Shown here piece after piece: positions 1-6,849 of a stretch of DNA of 13,062 bases. The position numbers and the translations under genes are program-made. This stretch comes from Candidatus Rokuibacteriota bacterium. Its GTDB lineage: Bacteria > Methylomirabilota > Methylomirabilia > Rokubacteriales > CSP1-6. Location: NCBI GenBank assembly GCA_016184305.1, contig JACPCX010000084.1:1-13062 (forward strand), in the 5' to 3' direction. Numbering within the stretch: position 1 is the first letter of the stretch; each line of letters opens with the position of its first letter. The notes below the pieces were generated by a model. That model searched no databases. It was given only the letters and a program-made list of their open reading frames with translations, and was not told the origin of the DNA.

Positions 1-389
1 GCCTTCTCGACCCGGTCACGGCGAGCCGTACCCGGAGACAGGATCTCCACGATCAGATCCGGGGCGCCCCGGACCCCCCGATCGGTGACGATCCCAGAGC
101 GCGCCAAGGCGACGAACAGCAGGTCCGGCACGACCACGGAGGTCTCCTCGAGGATGACGTCGAACGGGGCGATGAAGACCTCGCCGAGTCCACGGGCAGT
201 CACGAAGGGCTTGAGAGAGACAAGCAAGTTGGCGGCGAACCGCTGATGGGCGACACTCGGCGAGGGCGTCATGTAGAGCTCTCCGTCCAGGATCTCGTAG
301 CGACGGCCGTCGTCCGGCAGCGCGCAGTAATCCTCGTAGGTGAGGACGATGCGCCCCGCCGGGGGGTGTTCTCGCGCGTCTGTGGGCAT
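1..389 (-). CDS. Uma2 (DUF820) family PD-(D/E)xK endonuclease-like protein, 3' end outside window
   Basis: Not in the ORF track; translated by hand from ATG at 389-387 with GAGGGAG just upstream: MPTDAREHPPAGRIVLTYEDYCALPDDGRRYEILDGELYMTPSPSVAHQ...VVPDLLFV...GAPDLIVEILSPGTARRDRVEK. These are typical Uma2 motifs. Confidence 0.93.
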   Translation of the reverse strand, partial: MPTDAREHPPAGRIVLTYEDYCALPDDGRRYEILDGELYMTPSPSVAHQRFAANLLVSLKPFVTARGLGEVFIAPFDVILEETSVVVPDLLFVALARSGIVTDRGVRGAPDLIVEILSPGTARRDRVEK

Positions 390-411
390 GGCTCCCTCGA
401 TGGGCCTCCCC

Positions 412-2280
412 CTAGTCCTGGGGGATGGTCATGATGATCTGGGTCTCGCCGGCTGTCCTGAAGATGTTGGTGAAGCGGACCACCGAGGCCACGAGGCTGG
501 GCTGGTTGGCGTCGTCGGTCCTGAACGCGCCGACCCCGGTGATGCCCCCCTCGAAGCCCGAGTCGATGGACTGGAGGCGATACCCCGCCGGCCCCCTGAA
601 CACCACCGCGAGGAGCCCTTCCTTGACCAGGTTCTGCGGGACGATGAGCTCCTCGATCCCGTCGCCGTCCAGGTCCACGGCCAGCGGCATGGGCTCGATC
701 TTGTAGAACTTGCTCCGGCCACCCCGTATGTCCTCGAGCACGTGCTCGACGGTGAGGTAGCCCCCGCCCACGGAGGTCGAGGATCGCCACAGGTCCTCCC
801 CCTCCGAGGAGATCTGCAGGCGATTGAACTCGTCCACGTGCGCCAGCACGCGCGTGCCCTTGCCGGAGATGTTCGAGAACGCCGCGCCCATGGGCCTGAA
901 GCCGGCGGGCACGCGGACTGGCTTCTCCACGACCACGCTGCCGTCCCTGATCACCACCTGGCTAGCCTGCCCGGCATTGAAGAAGCGCTCCGGGCTGTAG
1001 GCCTGGGACCAGAGAGTCTGCTTGACCCCCTCGCTCTTGCCGTCCACCGCGAAGAGGAAAGAGTCGATGCCCTCGACCAGGTACCTGGGCTTGGCGTCCT
1101 TGGCGGTGATGACGAAGGCGTTGACCCCGCTCTTGGGATGGAAGCGGTTGCCCACGACCTCGAACACCCCGTCGCCGTTCAGATCGGCGAGCTGGACCGA
1201 GATGACCCGGCCGGCCGCCCGGACCGAGAAGGTCCAGTCGGCCTCGAGCTTCTGGCCGACGATGCGGTACTGGTAGACACGCTCCCCGTCTGTCACCACC
1301 ATGCGGGGGATCTTGTCCTTCGGGGCCACCGACACGTCGATGGCCAGGACGGGGAAGCCGAAGCGCGCGACCTCCCTGAGGGGAATCGTGGACTCGCCGG
1401 TGGAGTAGCTCCCGGCCTCGAGGTCGCCGCCGAGGAGCCTTGCGAGCAGAGAGCGCTGCTTGGCCTGAGGGCGGTTGCCGTCCCGCCCGGAGGAGGAGAA
1501 CTGGGCGGCGGACGAGGCGGCACGGATGGAGGGCGGCACGAAGAACGCGGTGCTGATAGCGGGCTCGATCGCCGGCAGGGAGAAGAAGCGCACCTCCATG
1601 AAGGGCCGGTTCTGGACGCGCTTGAAATGGACGGCCAGGAGGTTGTCCATCTTGAAGCGCTGGGCCGCTTCCTTGACGCCCTTGCCCTGGAGGAAGTCCT
1701 CGGGCTTGATTCCTTCCTGGGCGAGGAACACATTGATCGGGTCCCCCATGGTGACCTGGAAGCGGCCGGACGCCGAGAGCCGCTCCACGAGCTCGTGAAT
1801 GGCCGCCTCGACGAGCCCCTCCTTGACCCCACCGAGAAGGGGCAGCAGCACGAGCCTGATCTTCCCGGACGAGAGGCGGAACCGGTCCCCCGGCTTGACG
1901 TCGCTTCCCTGGGCGGCGGTGGCGAGGGAGAACGCCTCCTGGACTTCGGTCACCGTCACACGCCCGAGGGCCTGCTCCGCCCGCCCGAGCACCTGTCCGG
2001 TCCTGGGATGCTTGATCTCCCGCCCCTCGCGGAAGACGGTGAGCTCGAGGCCCGGCCGCAACCCATCCTTGCGCCCGACGTCCAGCGTGAGCGACTGGCC
2101 CCGGACCTCGAGGACTTCCCCCTCGACCTTGGGGAAAAGGTCCACCAGCTGGTTGACGAGCACCGTCAGCGGGACGGCGGGGCCTGGGGGTTCGCTCTGC
2201 TGCTGGGCGTGAGCGGGCGAGATCGTGAGAACGATCAGGAACGCCAGGATCACGCCGCAGACGCTCTGCCGGGACGCCAC
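412..2280 (-). CDS. Exported protein: FlgT-C-like beta domain, alpha/beta (CsgG/TolB-N-like) domain, and FG-GAP/VCBS-type C-terminal region
   Basis: ORF 412..2346. Start moved to GTG 2280, 5 nt after the upstream stop and preceded by AGAGGGA. Signal peptide ends in PAHA. Contains HPRTGQVLG and the Ca-binding-type motifs DLNGDG and DLDGDG. Domain names are from pattern recognition only. Confidence 0.8.
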   Translation of the reverse strand: MASRQSVCGVILAFLIVLTISPAHAQQQSEPPGPAVPLTVLVNQLVDLFPKVEGEVLEVRGQSLTLDVGRKDGLRPGLELTVFREGREIKHPRTGQVLGRAEQALGRVTVTEVQEAFSLATAAQGSDVKPGDRFRLSSGKIRLVLLPLLGGVKEGLVEAAIHELVERLSASGRFQVTMGDPINVFLAQEGIKPEDFLQGKGVKEAAQRFKMDNLLAVHFKRVQNRPFMEVRFFSLPAIEPAISTAFFVPPSIRAASSAAQFSSSGRDGNRPQAKQRSLLARLLGGDLEAGSYSTGESTIPLREVARFGFPVLAIDVSVAPKDKIPRMVVTDGERVYQYRIVGQKLEADWTFSVRAAGRVISVQLADLNGDGVFEVVGNRFHPKSGVNAFVITAKDAKPRYLVEGIDSFLFAVDGKSEGVKQTLWSQAYSPERFFNAGQASQVVIRDGSVVVEKPVRVPAGFRPMGAAFSNISGKGTRVLAHVDEFNRLQISSEGEDLWRSSTSVGGGYLTVEHVLEDIRGGRSKFYKIEPMPLAVDLDGDGIEELIVPQNLVKEGLLAVVFRGPAGYRLQSIDSGFEGGITGVGAFRTDDANQPSLVASVVRFTNIFRTAGETQIIMTIPQD

Positions 2281-2285
2281 GAGGC

Positions 2286-3023
2286 TCAGTCCCTCTGGCC
2301 CGGACCTTCGAGATTGGATCGGTCGGCGCTGCGACGCCGATCCCACCCGATGACGGCCTTGAAGGTCGTGGGGCCCGGCGGGTTCTCTACGAGGATGTAC
2401 ACCCAGTCCCCGAAGGACGGGTTCTCGTTGATCCCGACCACGGCCGCGATCCGGTCAGCCAGCGCTGTGGTCTTGCTCAGATAGCGGTCCCAGAGCGTCC
2501 CCTTCTCCTCGTAGAAGCGGAGGAACTGGAGCGAGTAGGAGATGGCGACAGCGGGCCGCGGCCTGAAGGAGACCGTGTACGGGATGTGGTAGCGGAGGGG
2601 GCCCGTGCCCTTGAGCGCGACGTGGATCACCTCCTGGTCCCGGGTCGTGAGCGGGCCGACCACCCAGACGCTGCGCTCGCCTGGGCGGCCCTCCCAGGCC
2701 ACTTCCTCCCAGCGCCTCCCGTCCTCGGCGGGCTTGACCTGTCCTCGGTTGGGGATCGCCCCGAAGGCCCGGGCCGAGCCGGCCGGCACCGGCTGGAAGG
2801 TCCGATCGTAGAGGAGGGCCCCCTTGGGGAGGACGGCGCCGTCGAGCGAGCGCTCGAGTCGATCCAGCGTCAGCTCCCCCTCGCCGCGGCCGATCTTGCC
2901 GTCGAGAAAGTGGGCGAAGCTCGTGTCGAAGAGATTCGCCACCTGGAGGCGGTACTCGGCCGCCTGGGCCGGCGCGTTGACGGCGAGGAGAAGGGCGATG
3001 GCTCCGAGGGCTTCGCGCACCAC
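2286..3023 (-). CDS. Secreted hypothetical protein (~245 aa)
   Basis: ORF 2286..3116. The listed start lies inside the porin terminator, so GTG 3023 (or 3020) is preferred. It gives the signal peptide (M)VREALGAIALLLAVNAPAQA. Composition is protein-like; no family recognised. Confidence 0.8.
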   Translation of the reverse strand: MVREALGAIALLLAVNAPAQAAEYRLQVANLFDTSFAHFLDGKIGRGEGELTLDRLERSLDGAVLPKGALLYDRTFQPVPAGSARAFGAIPNRGQVKPAEDGRRWEEVAWEGRPGERSVWVVGPLTTRDQEVIHVALKGTGPLRYHIPYTVSFRPRPAVAISYSLQFLRFYEEKGTLWDRYLSKTTALADRIAAVVGINENPSFGDWVYILVENPPGPTTFKAVIGWDRRRSADRSNLEGPGQRD

Positions 3024-3030
3024 GCATTCG

Positions 3031-3059
3031 ACTATAGCGCCCGGACGCGGGTCAGGCAA
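3031..3059 (-). promoter_or_regulatory. sigma70-type promoter TTGCCT-N17-TATAGT
   Basis: Minus strand -35 at 3059-3054 and -10 at 3036-3031, 17-nt spacer, 7 nt before GTG 3023, directly downstream of a terminator. Confidence 0.7.
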
Positions 3060-3087
3060 CCAATCGGAGCCTCCGGGCCCTCCGGAG

Positions 3088-3123
3088 AAAAAAGCGGGGC
3101 ATGGAGGAGACCCCATGCCCCGC
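3088..3123 (-). terminator. Rho-independent terminator of the porin gene
   Basis: Perfect 11-bp stem GCGGGGCATGG/CCATGCCCCGC (3094-3104, 3113-3123), 8-nt loop, followed by T6 on the minus strand, 23 nt after the stop codon. Confidence 0.9.
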
Positions 3124-3146
3124 CCGACTACCCTCTGCTGCTGAGA

Positions 3147-4676
3147 CTAGAAGCTGAAGCGCACCCGAGCGGCGCCCGTGTAGACGTCCTTGGAGTCGCG
3201 CTTCGTCGCCACGCCATTGGCCACCTGGGTGGTGTCCAGCGCATCGCCCGCGAACAGGTAGGCGCCCACCAGGTCGAAGGTGAGGCCAGGGGCAAAGCGC
3301 CAGGTCAGGCCGAGATCGGCCTCGGTGCCGATATAGCTGGAATCCCCGCGGCAGCCAGCGCCCTGAGGCAGGGCCGCGCTGTTCGTCGTGCTGGCGTTGC
3401 AGTTGATCGCCGGGCTCACGCTATAGGTCCCCTTGAAGCCGAACTGCTGGCGCCCATAGCGGTCCAGGCCGATGCCCGTGCCCAGGGTCCGGAAGGCGCC
3501 GTTGAAGTAGTCGATGCCGAGGGCCAAGATATTGCCCCAGCCGTCGGCACCGTAGGAGGTGTCAGTGTTGATCGGCTGGTAGTAGTTGGTGTCAACGCTC
3601 AGCTGGTCCATGGGCCGGTTGCCCGAGGTGTACATGTAGCGCGCCTCGAGGAGCACCGGGCCCACGCGGTAGCCGGCCTTCAGGTCGAAGAGCCAGGCCG
3701 AGATGTCAGACTCCCTGATCAGATCGGTGGTCCCGGTCGCGAACGGGTTGTCCATCTCCCGGGTGCCGAACTGGTAGAAGAACGTCGGCTCGATGGAGAT
3801 CGGGCCCGAGCGCCAGCGCGAGTCGATACCGATCGTGTGCCGCCACTCCTCGTGGGTGGCCACGCCGCCGGCGCCAACCGGCTTGGCGACGAAGGTCGGG
3901 GTGCCGCCCTGGAGGGGATTGCCCCCGACGCCCACGCGCGCGTTACCATGCGTTGCACCCTGGGCCCACAGGACAGCGTAGGTGGGCCGCAGGTCGAGGC
4001 CCTTGATGGGCGTCACCTCGAGGCTCGTGATGATGGCGAAGTCGTCACCGCGGACGAAGGCGGTTGCGCCGGTGCCGCCGGTGCTGCCGCCGGTGACCTC
4101 CTCCTCGATCTGGACGTACGTGAAATTGCTCTTCACGTTGGGCGCCCAGGTCGTCACGAGGTTCACCCCCGCGAAGTCGCCCGTGGCCAGGGTGGCCAGC
4201 TTGTAGGTCGTGGCGAAAGGCTGGGCGCCGATCCGCATCCGTGTCGGGAAGGGGATCAGCGGAACATCGTACTCGACGTACAGCCACTTGACCTCGATTA
4301 CGCCGCGGGTGTCCGTGTTGAGGTCAAAGGCGCCGTTGGTGGCAGCACGCTGGGGGGTGCCGCCCGCACCGGCGACGCTGTCGGTGCCGCTGACTTGGCC
4401 CCAGGCCTCGTCGATCTCCAGCCGCAGGACACCGATGGCCGTCCCGACCTTGCCGTCGATCTCGAAGATGCCTCGGTTCCTCGTGTACCACTCTTTGTCG
4501 CCGACCCGCGTGAAGTTGGTCTCACGCAGGTTGTGGCTGGCCGAATTGACCGTGTCGATGAAGCCGGTGATCTTGAACGTCGGGGCCGGTGCGGCCGGTG
4601 CCTGGGCGTCGGCGCCCGGGGCAATCATCCCGACGAGGCCGATCACGGCGAGAGCAAGGACGAAAATCCTTCTCAT
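3147..4676 (-). CDS. Outer-membrane beta-barrel (porin-like) protein
   Basis: ATG with strong SD GAGGAGG, signal peptide MRRIFVLALAVIGLVGMIAPGADA, many amphipathic strands, C-terminal ARVRFSF beta-signal with terminal Phe, and its own terminator. Confidence 0.88.
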   Translation of the reverse strand: MRRIFVLALAVIGLVGMIAPGADAQAPAAPAPTFKITGFIDTVNSASHNLRETNFTRVGDKEWYTRNRGIFEIDGKVGTAIGVLRLEIDEAWGQVSGTDSVAGAGGTPQRAATNGAFDLNTDTRGVIEVKWLYVEYDVPLIPFPTRMRIGAQPFATTYKLATLATGDFAGVNLVTTWAPNVKSNFTYVQIEEEVTGGSTGGTGATAFVRGDDFAIITSLEVTPIKGLDLRPTYAVLWAQGATHGNARVGVGGNPLQGGTPTFVAKPVGAGGVATHEEWRHTIGIDSRWRSGPISIEPTFFYQFGTREMDNPFATGTTDLIRESDISAWLFDLKAGYRVGPVLLEARYMYTSGNRPMDQLSVDTNYYQPINTDTSYGADGWGNILALGIDYFNGAFRTLGTGIGLDRYGRQQFGFKGTYSVSPAINCNASTTNSAALPQGAGCRGDSSYIGTEADLGLTWRFAPGLTFDLVGAYLFAGDALDTTQVANGVATKRDSKDVYTGAARVRFSF

Positions 4677-4750
4677 TACCGCCTCCTCATCTGTGGTTTC
4701 ACTGTCTGCTGTTCTGTCGATTTCCCGAAGTGAGTCGTACGCGCAACCAC

Positions 4751-4782
4751 GGCGCTACAGGCGGGAGTGGGCGCTACGTCAA
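4751..4782 (-). promoter_or_regulatory. Candidate porin promoter region: TTGACG -35 plus GTAGCGCC direct repeat
   Basis: TTGACG at 4782-4777 on minus; 8-bp direct repeat at 4751-4758 and 4770-4777. No consensus -10 found. Confidence 0.35.
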
Positions 4783-4784
4783 GG

Positions 4785-4812
4785 AAAAAGAGCCCGGGAG
4801 AGCCTCGGGTCC
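4785..4812 (-). terminator. Weak or imperfect terminator-like hairpin after the TPR gene
   Basis: Minus strand GGACCCGAGGCTCTCCCGGGCTCTTTTT: an imperfect GC stem followed by T5. Confidence 0.35.
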
Positions 4813-4842
4813 ACCTTGACTGTGAGCAATGCTGACAGGGAC

Positions 4843-5484
4843 TTAGCCACCATCCCCGAGGGCCTTGAGGACTTCCACGGCCGAGCGGCCGATGATGGAG
4901 CCCGGATCGAGGTCGCGGGCGGTCCTGAGCGAGCCCTTGGCCTCCTCCCGGCGGCCCGACTCCACGAGGACGACACCCAGCCAGTAATGCGCAGAGGCTC
5001 GCTTCGACTCCAGCTGGATGGCCAGGCGGAATGCCTCCTCGGCCTCCTTGAGCTTGCGCAGGTTCAGGTAGGCGTAGCCCATGTTGTGATAGGCCAGGTC
5101 GGGTGAGGCGTAGGTCGGCTGGACCAGAGCCTTGCGGTAGAGGGCGACGGCCTCCTCGAACCTGCCCTGCTCGGCATGCGCGAGGCCCAGGTTGTGCTGG
5201 GCTTCGGCATAGGTCGGATCCAGCGCCAGGGCCTTCTCGAACTGCTCCTGCGCCTCCGCCTTCCGGCCCAGGTCCAGGTTCACGACGCCGAGCGCATTCC
5301 GGTAAAGGGGGTTGTCAGGGTCCAGCGAGACGGCCTCCTGGAGCGAGGTGAGGCCCAGGGTCACCCGCTTCTCGCCGAGGCCCTTGATCCCCTGCTCGTA
5401 GGCCGCTCGGGCCTGGAGGCGGCGCACCTGCTGGTCCTCGGCCGAGCGACACCCTCCGGCGAGGACGAGGAGAGCCAGCACCAC
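4843..5484 (-). CDS. TPR lipoprotein, PilF/PilW/Tgl (type IV pilus pilotin)-like; start uncertain
   Basis: Lipobox-like LAGG-C, several TPR repeats (YRNALGVV, AQHNLGLAH, AYHNMGYAY, AHYWLGVV), and the ALVQPTYASPDLAYHNMG segment reminiscent of PilF/Tgl. The true start may be upstream (see findings). Confidence 0.85.
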   Translation of the reverse strand: MVLALLVLAGGCRSAEDQQVRRLQARAAYEQGIKGLGEKRVTLGLTSLQEAVSLDPDNPLYRNALGVVNLDLGRKAEAQEQFEKALALDPTYAEAQHNLGLAHAEQGRFEEAVALYRKALVQPTYASPDLAYHNMGYAYLNLRKLKEAEEAFRLAIQLESKRASAHYWLGVVLVESGRREEAKGSLRTARDLDPGSIIGRSAVEVLKALGDGG

Positions 5485-5513
5485 GGTGAGCCATGTCGCC
5501 GGAGGCCGTCGGC

Positions 5514-5542
5514 TTGACAGGCAGAATTTTCCCCTGTATCCG
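5514..5542 (+). promoter_or_regulatory. sigma70-type promoter TTGACA-N17-TATCCG for the FmdB-family gene
   Basis: Perfect -35 at 5514-5519, 17-nt spacer, imperfect -10 at 5537-5542, 8 nt before GTG 5551. Confidence 0.55.
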
Positions 5543-5550
5543 TTGAATGC

Positions 5551-5904
5551 GTGCCTACCTACGAATACGAGTGTCAGGGTTGCTCCAGGGTCTTCGAGGT
5601 GCGACAGCGGATTTCCGAGCCGGCGCTGACGACCTGTGACGAGTGTGGTGGTCCCGTTCGCCGCCTCATCGGAGCAGCCACGTTCATCCTGAAGGGCAAG
5701 GGGTGGTACGTCACCGACTACCCCTCCGAAGCACGGAAGAACGCGATGAAATCCGAGTCATCGTCGACACCCACCTCCGGAACCGACGGACAGTCTAGCA
5801 CGGCGGGAAAGACCGACTCTCCTTCTTCGGCGGCCTCGGCACCGGTAACTGGCTCCTCGTCGGGGACCACCAGCACGGGCAAGGACAGCACCAGCAAGGC
5901 CTAG
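5551..5904 (+). CDS. FmdB-family zinc-ribbon protein with Ser/Thr-rich tail
   Basis: MPTYEYECQGC...CDECGG...FILKGKGWYVTDY is the typical FmdB signature (two CxxC). GTG start; low-complexity C-terminus. Confidence 0.93.
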   Translation: MPTYEYECQGCSRVFEVRQRISEPALTTCDECGGPVRRLIGAATFILKGKGWYVTDYPSEARKNAMKSESSSTPTSGTDGQSSTAGKTDSPSSAASAPVTGSSSGTTSTGKDSTSKA

Positions 5905-6051
5905 CAGGCCGCTGAAAAAGGCCCATCTGCTTCGTTGGCTCGGTCGCTCCTCGCTCAACGTACAGCGAGTACGCCTCGCTCGTCGCATCCCTCGCCACCT
6001 TGCATCTGGACCTTTTTGAGCGGCCTGCGGAGTTTTTCAGCAGCCTGCTAG
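5901..6051. mobile_element. Non-autonomous MITE/REP-like element with 15-bp TIRs flanked by CTAG
   Basis: CTAG (5901-5904), CAGGCCGCTGAAAAA (5905-5919) ... TTTTTCAGCAGCCTG (6033-6047; 14/15 inverted match), CTAG (6048-6051). A third, internal copy of the right end lies at 6013-6027. No coding capacity. Confidence 0.8.
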
Positions 6052-6833
6052 GACACCCTCGCCCGGACCGGGGTGCCCCGCCGGGCGCCGAGGATGGCCC
6101 GGGCGCTCCCTTCCCGGACGAAGATCTCGAGACGGCCCTGCGACCCGATGATGGGCGCCGGCACCCCCGGCTCGCCCCCGGAGTAGAAGGCCTTGAGGGG
6201 CCCGAGTCGCCTGTCCCCCACCTCGACCTCGACCGTCGCCCCCCCGGCCAGCCGCGCCATCCCCTCGGCCATGAGCGAGGTGATGAGGTTACCGAAGCGA
6301 TCCTCCGCGATCACCTCCCCCACGAGCGCCCCTCCCTCCTCCCGGGCCGCCGGAAGATCGAGGCGCACGGGGTCGAGCACCGGAGAGCCGAAGTGCTCGA
6401 GGCGCACTCCCCGCGCGAGATGGGCCGCGGCGGGGGCAAATACATCCCGCCCGTGAAAGGTCTGGCTCACGTGTGGCCGCCGGTAATGCTCGGCCGTCAG
6501 GCTCACCGCGGTCCACCCGGTCGTCTTGAAGGCGAAACTCAGGAGACCATTGTCGGGACCGACGAAGCACTGTCCTGCGGATTGGACCGCCAGCGCCCTC
6601 CGGGCGCTCCCCACCCCGGGATCCACGACAGCCAGGTGGACAGTCCCCACGGGAAAGAAGGGAACCGACGACTCGAGGGCGAGCTGGGCGCCGAGAATGT
6701 CCTGCGGGTCGATGTCGTGGGTGAGGTCGACCAGGTGCGCCTCGGGGCAGATGCCGAGGATCACCCCCTTCATCACCCCGACGAAGGGATCGCGCAGCCC
6801 GAAGTCCGTGGTGAGCGTGACGATCGGCGGCAC
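6048..6833 (-). CDS. SAM hydroxide adenosyltransferase (DUF62; SAM-dependent chlorinase/fluorinase family)
   Basis: Start set at GTG 6833: (M)PPIVTLTTDFGLRDPFVGVMKGVI, VVDPGVGSARR, FVGPDNG, SQTFHGRDVFAP, DRFGNLIT. The extension to 7199 overlaps the upstream gene and is spurious. Confidence 0.93.
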   Translation of the reverse strand: MPPIVTLTTDFGLRDPFVGVMKGVILGICPEAHLVDLTHDIDPQDILGAQLALESSVPFFPVGTVHLAVVDPGVGSARRALAVQSAGQCFVGPDNGLLSFAFKTTGWTAVSLTAEHYRRPHVSQTFHGRDVFAPAAAHLARGVRLEHFGSPVLDPVRLDLPAAREEGGALVGEVIAEDRFGNLITSLMAEGMARLAGGATVEVEVGDRRLGPLKAFYSGGEPGVPAPIIGSQGRLEIFVREGSARAILGARRGTPVRARVS

Positions 6834-6849
6834 CGCCCGCCCCCCCCGG

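Noticed and set aside
1..389. Uma2 nuclease as evidence of a defence system
   Set aside because: Uma2 genes are commonly stand-alone and multicopy, and no methylase or other defence gene is visible in the window.
340..2484. 714-aa plus-strand ORF
   Set aside because: Antisense shadow of the 412..2280 gene. Such open frames are expected from high-GC codon bias, and no motifs are recognisable.
3071..3087. Small hairpin CTCCGG-N5-CCGGAG
   Set aside because: A 6-bp GC stem is expected by chance at this GC content, and termination is already explained by 3088-3123.
2586..4733. 715-aa plus-strand ORF
   Set aside because: Antisense to the porin and the secreted protein, runs across a terminator, and has no protein-family signal.
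5901..6051. CRISPR array or tRNA interpretation of the repeat region
   Set aside because: The repeats are inverted rather than direct repeats with spacers, there is no cloverleaf or TTCGA T-loop, and no cas genes are present.
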